Position numbers and translations under genes: made by a program. Under the pieces are notes generated by a model. That model saw only the letters and a list, made by a program, of their open reading frames with translations, was not told the DNA's origin and made no database searches. This document shows, piece by piece, positions 6,712 to 13,923 of a stretch of DNA of 32,000 bases (its first letter is position 1; each line of letters begins with the position of its first letter). Origin of the DNA: Candidatus Caldatribacterium sp. SIUC1 (GTDB lineage: Bacteria > Atribacterota > Atribacteria > Atribacterales > Caldatribacteriaceae); contig NZ_CP189974.1 of assembly GCF_051549785.1 (NCBI RefSeq), positions 1,253,491 through 1,285,490 on the forward strand. The letters are read 5' to 3'.

Positions 6712-7859
6712 TGGAGGAGTCCTTTGTTTTTCGCCTGCCCCAGGAGATTTACTTTGGCCCGGGTGAGGGGAGACGGGTTGGGGAGCATCTTGAGCGTTTC
6801 GGGAAGCGCCCCCTTGTGGTTGTGGGGCAGCGTTTTGCCCGGGAATCGGGAATCCTCAAAGACATCCTCGGCGCCCTGGCCCGGCGTGGCCTTGAGGCAG
6901 TGGTTTTCAGCGGAGTCCCTCCCGAGCCCACCCTTGAGGTAGTCGATGAGGGGATAAGGGTGGCAAGGGAAGCCCGTTGCGACAGCGTTGTGGCTCTGGG
7001 AGGGGGGAGTGTCCTGGACTGTGGCAAGGCCGTTGCGGGAGTCCTGCCAAACGGGGAAAGCGTTGTCCCATACTTTGAGGGAGCACCTCTTACTCGTCCC
7101 GCGCTTCCCTGGATTGCCCTGCCTACCACTGCGGGAACGGGTTCAGAGATGACCAATAACGCCGTTCTGACCGATGCCACGAGAAAGCTCAAAAAGAGTC
7201 TGCGGAGTCCTTTTCTGGTTGCTCGGGTGGCCATCATCGACCCCACCTTCACCTATTCCCTCTCCCCCTATCGCACTGCGGCAAGCGGGGTTGATGCGCT
7301 GGTTCAGGCTATCGAGGCCTACACGAGCCCCCGGGCGAATGCTGTGACCGATGTGCTTGCTCTTGAAGCCATACGTCTTCTCTGGGAGTACCTGCCCCGG
7401 GCAGTTCGGGAAGGGGAGAACACCTTTTTCCGGAAACAGGTGGCCAAGGGCAGCATGCTGAGTGCCATGGCTTTCGCCAATGCCTCCTCCGGGGCCTGTC
7501 ATGGTCTTGCCCACATGGTGGGACCGGAATTTGCCATTCCCCATGGGGAGGCTTGTGGTCTGCTCTTGCCTCCAGTCATTCGCTTCAACAAGGAAGCGCT
7601 TAAGGAAAGGTACCGGGATATCGTCCTTTGTGTGGGCCTTCAGGGCGGCGAATGCGAGGACTGGGGAGAGCTTCTTGCACGGGCTTTTGAGGACTTTGTG
7701 CGGGGAGTGGGACTCCGGACGAGACTGCGGGATTTTGGCGTTCCTCGCGAAGCGCTGGGCGGGGTGGTGCGGGAAGAACGTATCGGGCGGAGTATCCTTG
7801 AGAATCCCCGTCCGATGACTCCGGAAGACCTTCAAGCGCTCCTTGAGGAGGTATGGTGA
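6711..7859 (+). CDS. Iron-containing (group III) alcohol dehydrogenase
   Basis: Motifs GGGSVLDCGKAVA, ALPTTAGTGSEMT, and metal-binding His motifs HGLAHMVG and PHGEACGLLLP. ATG 6711 overlaps the yjbQ stop (TGATG); the track ORF starts at 6630. Confidence 0.9.
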   Translation: MEESFVFRLPQEIYFGPGEGRRVGEHLERFGKRPLVVVGQRFARESGILKDILGALARRGLEAVVFSGVPPEPTLEVVDEGIRVAREARCDSVVALGGGSVLDCGKAVAGVLPNGESVVPYFEGAPLTRPALPWIALPTTAGTGSEMTNNAVLTDATRKLKKSLRSPFLVARVAIIDPTFTYSLSPYRTAASGVDALVQAIEAYTSPRANAVTDVLALEAIRLLWEYLPRAVREGENTFFRKQVAKGSMLSAMAFANASSGACHGLAHMVGPEFAIPHGEACGLLLPPVIRFNKEALKERYRDIVLCVGLQGGECEDWGELLARAFEDFVRGVGLRTRLRDFGVPREALGGVVREERIGRSILENPRPMTPEDLQALLEEVW

Positions 7860-8203
7860 GGAGGGAGAATGTGGAGATCGTCTACGAGAAAGACAGGGCT
7901 TTCCGTGAAGGTGACTGGGGCATCAAGTACCTCTTTCGAGGACCCCGTCTGGACTGTGGTGTGGTGTATTTGAAGCCGGGAACCAGCATGGGCGCCCATT
8001 ACCACCGAGAAGTCGAGGAAACCTTCTTTATCCTTGAAGGTCAGGGGATCCTCAAGGTCAATGGCCAGGATGTTCCTGTTGTAGCGGGAATGGCCCTTCG
8101 AGTGGAACCGGGGGAACGGCATGACCTTCTGGCCCTGGATGGGCCTTTGCGGGGAATTTTCGTGAAGGTTCCGTATCTTCCGGAGGATAAGGTATCGTGT
8201 TAG
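7853..8203 (+). CDS. Cupin (cupin_2) domain protein
   Basis: Cupin motif 1 is GTSMGAHYHREVEETFFILEGQG; motif 2 is around VEPGERHDL. 116 aa. ATG 7853 overlaps the ADH stop (ATGGTGA). Confidence 0.8.
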   Translation: MVRRENVEIVYEKDRAFREGDWGIKYLFRGPRLDCGVVYLKPGTSMGAHYHREVEETFFILEGQGILKVNGQDVPVVAGMALRVEPGERHDLLALDGPLRGIFVKVPYLPEDKVSC

Positions 8204-9069
8204 CCTGGGAAGTCCTGCAGGAGCTCTCCGAGCGCCTGAAGTCCTGTTCCCTCTGCCCCCGGCGGTGTGGTGTTAACCGTACGAAGGGGGAACGGGGATT
8301 CTGTGGTGGGGGGATGCTTCCCCGGGTGGCGAGTTTCCATCCCCACTTTGGGGAGGAGGAAGTCCTCAGCGGGTACCGGGGTTCGGGAACCATTTTCTTT
8401 TCAGGGTGCAATATGGCCTGCGTGTACTGCCAGAACTACACGATAAGCCATTTTCGCGAGGGGATTGAGGTCACCCCCCTTGCTCTTGCTGCTATGATGC
8501 AGTCTCTGGAGCGGCAGGGGTGCCACAACATCAATCTCGTCACGCCAACACACTTTGTTCCACAGATTTTCGAGGCCGTTGACCGTGCCCGCCAGGAAGG
8601 TCTCCGCATCCCCATCGTCTACAATACCAGTGGTTACGAGGATCTTGGGGTTCTCCGGCTCCTGCGGGGTCTTGTGGATATCTATCTTCCCGATATGCGG
8701 TACGCCCGTGAAGAAAGTGCGGTACGGTATTCCCAGGCACCCCGTTACCCTGAAGTGTGCCGGGAAGCCATCCGGGAGATGTTCCTGCAGGTGGGCAATG
8801 TGGTGCTTGACGAAGAGGGTGTCGCCAGCCGAGGGCTTATCGTCCGCATTCTCATCATCCCTTCTCTTGAGGAAGAAGCCAAAGAAAATCTCCGCTTCCT
8901 TGCCACAGAGATCTCCCGGGACGTTTTCGTTACGCTTCTTCGGCAATACCGTCCTCTTTACCGGGCGCAGGACTTTCCGGAGATTGCCCGTTCTGTGAGT
9001 GACCGGACCTATCAGGAAGTTCTGGAGTACGGCAGGTCCCTGGGACTTCGTAACTTCATTCTCCAGTAG
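8197..9069 (+). CDS. Radical SAM protein, PflX/COG1313 type (putative glycyl-radical-enzyme activase-like)
   Basis: CX3CX2C radical SAM motif GCNMACVYCQN, plus an N-terminal auxiliary Cys cluster CSLCPRRCGVNRTKGERGFCG typical of PflX-like proteins. GTG 8197 overlaps the cupin stop by 7 nt, and GGAGGA lies 9 nt upstream. Confidence 0.85.
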   Translation: MLAWEVLQELSERLKSCSLCPRRCGVNRTKGERGFCGGGMLPRVASFHPHFGEEEVLSGYRGSGTIFFSGCNMACVYCQNYTISHFREGIEVTPLALAAMMQSLERQGCHNINLVTPTHFVPQIFEAVDRARQEGLRIPIVYNTSGYEDLGVLRLLRGLVDIYLPDMRYAREESAVRYSQAPRYPEVCREAIREMFLQVGNVVLDEEGVASRGLIVRILIIPSLEEEAKENLRFLATEISRDVFVTLLRQYRPLYRAQDFPEIARSVSDRTYQEVLEYGRSLGLRNFILQ

Positions 9070-9085
9070 AAGGGAGGATGGGAAC

Positions 9086-9607
9086 GTGAGGGAAGCTATC
9101 CTGGAAGTGGCACGACTCATGGTGATTGCGGCAAAAACGGCACCGAAGGCAGTGGGGAAAGATTTTGTGACTGTGACCATTCTTGAGGGGGAAGCAGTGC
9201 GGAAACTCGGGGAGGCCATGATCCGATACGGGGAGGAAAACGGGATCCGGGGATTTATCCGTGACGGGAAAAACGTCCTTGACTCCCAGGCAGTGGTGCT
9301 CGTGGGTCTGAAAGATGCTCAGCCTGCGGGGCTCAACTGTGGAGCGTGTGGCTTTGAACGGTGTGCGGACCTTGTTCCTGAGGAACAGAGGGAATTCAAG
9401 GGACCTCAGTGTGTCATGCGACTCCTGGACCTGGGGATTGCCCTCGGTTCGGCGGTGAAGGTAGCCTCCCTTTTAAATGTGGACAACCGCATCATGTACC
9501 GTATTGGTGTTGTGGCAAGACGGGAGGGGCTGGTGTCCGATGACGTGGTCATGGGCATTCCCCTTTCGGCGTGGGGAAAGAACATCTATTTTGACCGGAA
9601 AGAATAA
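9086..9607 (+). CDS. DUF2148 ferredoxin-like domain protein
   Basis: Pattern AILEVARLMVIAAKTAPKAVGKDF..., Cys motif NCGACGFERC plus PQCVMRLLDLGIALGSA, and length of about 173 aa fit DUF2148. GTG 9086 is preceded by AGGGAGGA; the track ORF start 8999 would overlap the radical SAM gene by 71 nt. Confidence 0.75.
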   Translation: MREAILEVARLMVIAAKTAPKAVGKDFVTVTILEGEAVRKLGEAMIRYGEENGIRGFIRDGKNVLDSQAVVLVGLKDAQPAGLNCGACGFERCADLVPEEQREFKGPQCVMRLLDLGIALGSAVKVASLLNVDNRIMYRIGVVARREGLVSDDVVMGIPLSAWGKNIYFDRKE

Positions 9608-9618
9608 GGGGTGGGGAT

Positions 9619-10440
9619 ATGCAATTTGGGTTACGCATCCAGGATATCATTGGCCTTGTCCTTGCCGTGCTCATTGTGGCCATCCTCATCAGTATTATTC
9701 TCATCATCCGAGAGAACGCCCGGGAACGAAGGCTCTGGCGGGAGGGAGAGTACGAGGAAGAGGAACCGGAAAAACCGCGCTTGCGGCGAACAGGAGCTTC
9801 CCGAAAAGAGGAAGAGCCCGAACGCGTTTTGAGGAGGCCACGCTTTGCTGTTCAGCGTGAAGCACAGAGAGAAGAGGAGGTGGCAGAAAGCGTTGAACCC
9901 CTGGAGTCTCAGGAGGCGGTTGAGACCGTCCCTTTGGAGGAAATTCGAAAGGAAGAACCAAAAGAAGAACCCAGACAGGTTGTGCTTGAGCGAGCGCTGC
10001 GAAAGCTCGAGGACCTGGGTCTAGATTTTGGAGCACTGAAGCCGGTCTTCAGTGAGGATGTCATTCACTTTTCGCCTCTTTTGTGGGAAGTCAAAGAAGA
10101 GGTGAAATCGGGCAGGGAACTCGGTGACATTGTGATCCACACCGTTTTTCGGAGTCTCCCTGGGTACTCTGCCGATGAAATCGTCGAGCGGTACCGCTCC
10201 GGGGACGTCTCAGTGGTCGAGAAGCTCGAGGCCCGGGTGAAGACCAGGGAAGGTCGAGATTACCTCATCGCCACAATGAACCTTGCCCATTTCCAGGTTC
10301 CGGAACTCGACCGCCAATTTCGCCAGGGGAATCTCCGGGAGGACGAGTACGAACTCCTTAAGGCGTTGAAGTTTGTGGACCGGGCGACCAAAAAGGACTT
10401 CGCCCGGATGGTCTATGCCCGGATCATGGACGAAGACTGA
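9619..10440 (+). CDS. Hypothetical bitopic membrane protein (N-terminal TM, E/R/P-rich disordered linker, ~150-aa C-terminal globular domain)
   Basis: ATG 9619 is preceded by GGGGTGGGGA. TM IIGLVLAVLIVAILISIILII is followed by RENARERRLWRE (positive-inside, so the bulk is cytoplasmic). An acidic/basic low-complexity stretch runs to about residue 120, followed by a non-repetitive domain. No family recognised. Confidence 0.65.
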   Translation: MQFGLRIQDIIGLVLAVLIVAILISIILIIRENARERRLWREGEYEEEEPEKPRLRRTGASRKEEEPERVLRRPRFAVQREAQREEEVAESVEPLESQEAVETVPLEEIRKEEPKEEPRQVVLERALRKLEDLGLDFGALKPVFSEDVIHFSPLLWEVKEEVKSGRELGDIVIHTVFRSLPGYSADEIVERYRSGDVSVVEKLEARVKTREGRDYLIATMNLAHFQVPELDRQFRQGNLREDEYELLKALKFVDRATKKDFARMVYARIMDED

Positions 10441-10443
10441 GAC

Positions 10444-10605
10444 GTGAGGTACCCTGTTCCATCTCGGTTCTCCTTCCAGCGTCGGAGAGGGCGAAGGTGG
10501 TGCATTCTGGTCTTTGTCCTCTTGTGCGGTCTTTTCCTGCTCTTCCTCCTCCTTGGCCTCCTTTTTCCTCTTTCTGACGTGTTTCTCCCCCTGAGTGTGC
10601 TATAA
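10444..10605 (+). CDS. Candidate 53-aa membrane microprotein (below the ORF-track length cutoff)
   Basis: My translation from GTG 10444, 3 nt after the upstream TGA: MRYPVPSRFSFQRRRGRRWCILVFVLLCGLFLLFLLLGLLFPLSDVFLPLSVL, stop TAA 10603-10605. It has an Arg-rich N-terminus followed by one clean TM helix. There is no good RBS, so it would need translational coupling. Confidence 0.35.
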   Translation: MRYPVPSRFSFQRRRGRRWCILVFVLLCGLFLLFLLLGLLFPLSDVFLPLSVL

Positions 10606-10606
10606 T
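10593..10606 (+). promoter_or_regulatory. Extended -10 promoter element (TGcTATAAT) upstream of the coiled-coil LysM gene
   Basis: gAGTGTGCTATAAT, with TATAAT at 10601-10606 and TG at 10598-10599. The TTG start at 10641 lies 34 nt downstream, with GGAGGGGGTG in between. The 13-mer is identical to that at 3446-3458. Confidence 0.5.
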
Positions 10607-10640
10607 TCAAGGGAAGCCCAAGAACGGAGGGGGTGTCACC

Positions 10641-13136
10641 TTGAAGAACTGGCTTGCCCTTATCGTCGCTTTTCTTGCTCTTGGCGTCTCGCTTTTTGTG
10701 ATTGTCTTTTTGACCAGTGTCTCTCGGGACGTCCGGGGTATTGCCGGAAGGATGGTAGCAGTGGAAAAAGGTCTGGAGGAAGCTCGTACAGTTCCCCAGA
10801 GCGTGGTCGAGATGGGGCAGAGGATTGCCGACCTTGAGGGGCAGCTCAAAACGGTGAAAAACCTTGAAGAGGAAATCCGTACCCTTTCTGCTACCCTGGC
10901 CGAGAAAGGCCAAACTCTTGAGGACCTTTCCCGGGCAAGAAAAGCCATGGAATCTTCTCTAGCTCGTCTTGGGGAGGATCTGAATACGTGGGCCACAAAA
11001 ATCACGGCTCTCGAAGAGACGATGAAGGAGCTGGAGGTTCTTAAGGAGTCCCTGAAGAATCTGGAGCAGAGTATTACCGCTCTGAGTATCGATGAGCGCT
11101 TCTCCGCACTTCTTGCATACTTCGAAGGGAAGGTTCGGGAACTCGAGCAGACAGTGGCAGACCTTTCGGGGAAACTGGAAACCTCCGTGGCACTCTCTCA
11201 GGAAGTGGAAGGGCTCAGGAGCACCCTTGAGGCGACTCAGAGTGATGTCCAGCGCCTCCAGGGGGAAATGCGTGAGCTCCTTGAGGAGAAGACCAGAGCG
11301 CTCCAAGATGTTGGGAAGGCGGTGGCCGCCCTTGAAGAGAAGGTCCTTGCTATGGAGCAGGGTATTGCTACCCTGAGTATCGATGAGCGCTTCTCCGCGC
11401 TTCTTCGGTACTTCGAGGGGAAAATTCAGGAAGTGCGGGATACCCTTTCTGCGCTTCAGCAAGAAGTGGCTGCCTGGAAAGAAAAGGCTGTTCCCCTTGA
11501 GGTTTTCGAGAAGGCTCTGCGGACCCTTGAGGAGAAACTCCAGTCTCTGGAGAAAGAGCTCACTGAGTATGAGAAAAGGACCGAGGAGAGCGTGGGGACC
11601 ATCCGTGAGCTTCTTGGGGAAGTCCAGCTCGCCCAGAAGGACTACGGTAGGAGGCTTGAAGAAAGCCTCCTGACCTTCTCACAGAAAATCGCCGCTCTTG
11701 AAGAGGAACTCCAGGGTCTCTCGCAGTCGGTGGCATCTTTTGAGGGAAACTTCGAGAAGGTCCAGGTGACATTTCAGGAATTCTCCCAGAGACTCAGCAG
11801 TCTCCAGGAGAAACTCTTGGGTCTTGAGAGCGGTATGGATACCTGGAAAGAAACCACCCTGCAGTCTCTCCGAAAGGAAGTCGAGGCGTTAGCTGCTGCC
11901 GTACCTTCGCCTCAGGATCTCGAGGAGGTCCGTGCCGAGGTCGTCACGCTCCTTGAGGAGCGCGAGTTGCTCAGGGCACGTCTCCAGGAGCTTCGAGCAG
12001 AGCAGGCGAATATCGTTCAGGAACTGGAGGGGAAAGGGAAAGATATTCTTGCCTTAAAGGAGAAAATCGCCACGCTCTCGGAGAAAGAAGAGGTAGCAAA
12101 CCTGAGGGCTCAGCTTGCAACGCTTTTGGGTGTCCAGGGTGACCTTGAGGATGCCCTCAGGAAGACCGAAGAGAACATGCGGGCCCTTGAGGCATCCTTG
12201 CGGGCGAAAGATGAAGAGGTTGCTGGAGCTCTTGAGAAGGTCTTTGCTCAGGTTCAGGAGCTTGCCCAGAGTCTGGAATCTTTTGGAAAACGTCTTGAGG
12301 AGGTTCACGCGCAGGGGCAAGCGCTTTCTCCGGTTCGGGAAATCCTTGCCGAGATTCAGAAGACCCTCGGGCTTTTTGAGGCTCGCCTTGCGGAAATCGA
12401 AAAGTTCAGTAAAGAGATGCTCAGAGAAGACCTAAGGACCAGGGTCCAGACCATAGAGGGTGAAATTGCGACCTTGCGGGGAGAGCTGGGAAAGGTTGCC
12501 GAAGAGTCACGAGCCTCCATTCCAGAGTTGCAGACCATTCGAAGGCTTCTCGAAAACCTTGAGAAGGACAAAGCCTCTCTTGAGGAACGCATCAAAGAAC
12601 TCTACAGCCTCCTTGAGAGTGGCAAGAAGCGTGAGGAAGTCGAGAAAGACATCGAGTCGTTGATCAAGGAGAAGGAAGCTCTGCAGGAAGACATCAAGCG
12701 TTTTGCCCAGGAGCGGATGGACCTTGAGGGAGAGCTTGGTCGCAAAAAGGAAGAGCTTGCCCGTATTGACCGGGAACTTGAGGTTTTGCGGACTCAAAAG
12801 GGTTCGGCAGAACGTATCCAGGAGCTTGAGAAAGAGCGAAAGAGAGCCGAGGAGGAAATCGGCAGGCTCCAGCAGGAGCTCAAGGACAAAGAAGACCAGA
12901 TTGAGGTTCTGCAGCGGAGGAATGAGGAGCTGTCTGCTCAGCTTGAGGAGGCAAAAAAGTTCACCTCTTACGTCATCCTGCCCTGGGACAGTCTCTGGAA
13001 GATTGCTCGCCGGTATTACCGGGATGGTCGGAAATGGACAATCATCTGGGAAGCCAACCGGGAAAAGATTCCCGATCCTGAGAAACTCCAGCCCTATGTT
13101 GAGATTCGCATTCCTCGTGTTCCTGAGAATTCCTGA
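10641..13136 (+). CDS. Membrane-anchored giant coiled-coil protein with a C-terminal LysM peptidoglycan-binding domain
   Basis: 831 aa. N-terminal TM WLALIVAFLALGVSLFVIVFL. About 740 residues are E/L/K/A/Q-rich heptad-like sequence (e.g. LEETMKELEVLKESLKNLEQSITAL). The C-terminal LysM is YVILPWDSLWKIARRYYRDGRKWTIIWEANREKIPDPEKLQPYVEIRIP (about nt 12969-13115). TTG start with a strong RBS. Confidence 0.85.
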   Translation: MKNWLALIVAFLALGVSLFVIVFLTSVSRDVRGIAGRMVAVEKGLEEARTVPQSVVEMGQRIADLEGQLKTVKNLEEEIRTLSATLAEKGQTLEDLSRARKAMESSLARLGEDLNTWATKITALEETMKELEVLKESLKNLEQSITALSIDERFSALLAYFEGKVRELEQTVADLSGKLETSVALSQEVEGLRSTLEATQSDVQRLQGEMRELLEEKTRALQDVGKAVAALEEKVLAMEQGIATLSIDERFSALLRYFEGKIQEVRDTLSALQQEVAAWKEKAVPLEVFEKALRTLEEKLQSLEKELTEYEKRTEESVGTIRELLGEVQLAQKDYGRRLEESLLTFSQKIAALEEELQGLSQSVASFEGNFEKVQVTFQEFSQRLSSLQEKLLGLESGMDTWKETTLQSLRKEVEALAAAVPSPQDLEEVRAEVVTLLEERELLRARLQELRAEQANIVQELEGKGKDILALKEKIATLSEKEEVANLRAQLATLLGVQGDLEDALRKTEENMRALEASLRAKDEEVAGALEKVFAQVQELAQSLESFGKRLEEVHAQGQALSPVREILAEIQKTLGLFEARLAEIEKFSKEMLREDLRTRVQTIEGEIATLRGELGKVAEESRASIPELQTIRRLLENLEKDKASLEERIKELYSLLESGKKREEVEKDIESLIKEKEALQEDIKRFAQERMDLEGELGRKKEELARIDRELEVLRTQKGSAERIQELEKERKRAEEEIGRLQQELKDKEDQIEVLQRRNEELSAQLEEAKKFTSYVILPWDSLWKIARRYYRDGRKWTIIWEANREKIPDPEKLQPYVEIRIPRVPENS
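11062..11131 (+). repeat. Internal direct repeat, copy 1 (encodes ..EQSITALSIDERFSALLAYFEGK..)
   Basis: 70 nt align without gaps to 11353-11422 with 10 mismatches by my count. This includes a 26-nt perfect core, ctgagtatcgatgagcgcttctccgc (11082-11107 and 11373-11398). Confidence 0.85.
11353..11422 (+). repeat. Internal direct repeat, copy 2 (encodes ..EQGIATLSIDERFSALLRYFEGK..)
   Basis: Offset of exactly 291 nt (97 codons) from copy 1, in the same reading frame. Confidence 0.85.
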
Positions 13137-13166
13137 GGAAAGGGGCGAGCCAAAGGGGGAATGTCT

Positions 13167-13682
13167 ATGGACCTTTCTGAAGTCATTGCCACGCGCAGGA
13201 GCATTCGAAAGTTTCGAGCAGAAGATGTTGCCGACGAAGACGTGAAAGAGATTCTCGAGGCTGCCCGTCTTGCGCCCTCGGCTAACAATCTACAACCGTG
13301 GAAGTTCATCGTGGTGCGGAATGAAAAAAAGCGCCGCCTCATTGCGCAGGCCTGCTTTGGGCAGGAGTTCATTGGAGAGGCCCCAGTGGTGATTGTGGCC
13401 TGCGCCACGGGAAGAGGGGGGTGCATTGGGGGGTATATGGAGAGCTGGCCCGTTGACGTGGCCATTGCGATGACGCATCTTGTGCTTGCAGCCTGGGCAA
13501 AAGGGCTGGGTACCTGCTGGATTGGGGCCTTTGACGAGGACCGCATTAAGGAGATTTGCCAGATTCCTCCCGAGATTCGGGTCGTTGCCGTGACCCCTCT
13601 GGGATATCCGGTGAAAATTCCCCAGGCGACGACTCGCCGACCCCTCGAGAAGATTTACTGTGAGGACGTCTTTGTCGAGTGA
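13167..13682 (+). CDS. Nitroreductase family protein (FMN-dependent)
   Basis: RRSIRKFRAEDV..E.V.EILEAARLAPSANNLQPWKFIVV, followed by the ..GLGTCWIG.. motif. ATG 13167 lies 6 nt after AAGGGGGA; ATG 13161 is the alternative start. Confidence 0.85.
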   Translation: MDLSEVIATRRSIRKFRAEDVADEDVKEILEAARLAPSANNLQPWKFIVVRNEKKRRLIAQACFGQEFIGEAPVVIVACATGRGGCIGGYMESWPVDVAIAMTHLVLAAWAKGLGTCWIGAFDEDRIKEICQIPPEIRVVAVTPLGYPVKIPQATTRRPLEKIYCEDVFVE

Positions 13683-13694
13683 CGGTGATGGATT

Positions 13695-13922
13695 TTGGGC
13701 GTGCTGCATCTTGAGATTGACGACATTGTGACCCTGAAGAAGGCCCATCCCTGTGGAAGCCAGAAGTGGCGCATTGTGCGTCTTGGGGTGGATATTGGCA
13801 TAAAGTGCCTGGGTTGTGGGCGCTTTGTGATGATTCCCCGGAGAAAACTCGAAGGGAAAATCCGAGAGATTTACCGCCAGGGCCGCTGTCTCAAGCCGAA
13901 AGAGTGTATCATTGAGGTGTGA
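13695..13922 (+). CDS. DUF951 family small protein
   Basis: DDIVTLKKAHPCGSQKWRIVRLGVDIGIKCLGCGRFVMIPRRKLEGKI matches the DUF951 consensus (..KKPHPCGS..W.I.R.GADI.LKC..CG..VM.PR..). The start is ambiguous (TTG 13695 or GTG 13701). Confidence 0.7.
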   Translation: MGVLHLEIDDIVTLKKAHPCGSQKWRIVRLGVDIGIKCLGCGRFVMIPRRKLEGKIREIYRQGRCLKPKECIIEV

Positions 13923-13923
13923 G

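Noticed and set aside
9619-10440. Calling the 273-aa protein a ZipA homologue
   Set aside because: Only the architecture (N-terminal TM, charged linker, C-terminal globular domain) and the flavour of the first residues resemble ZipA. The C-terminal domain shows no sequence similarity that I can see, so it stays a hypothetical protein.
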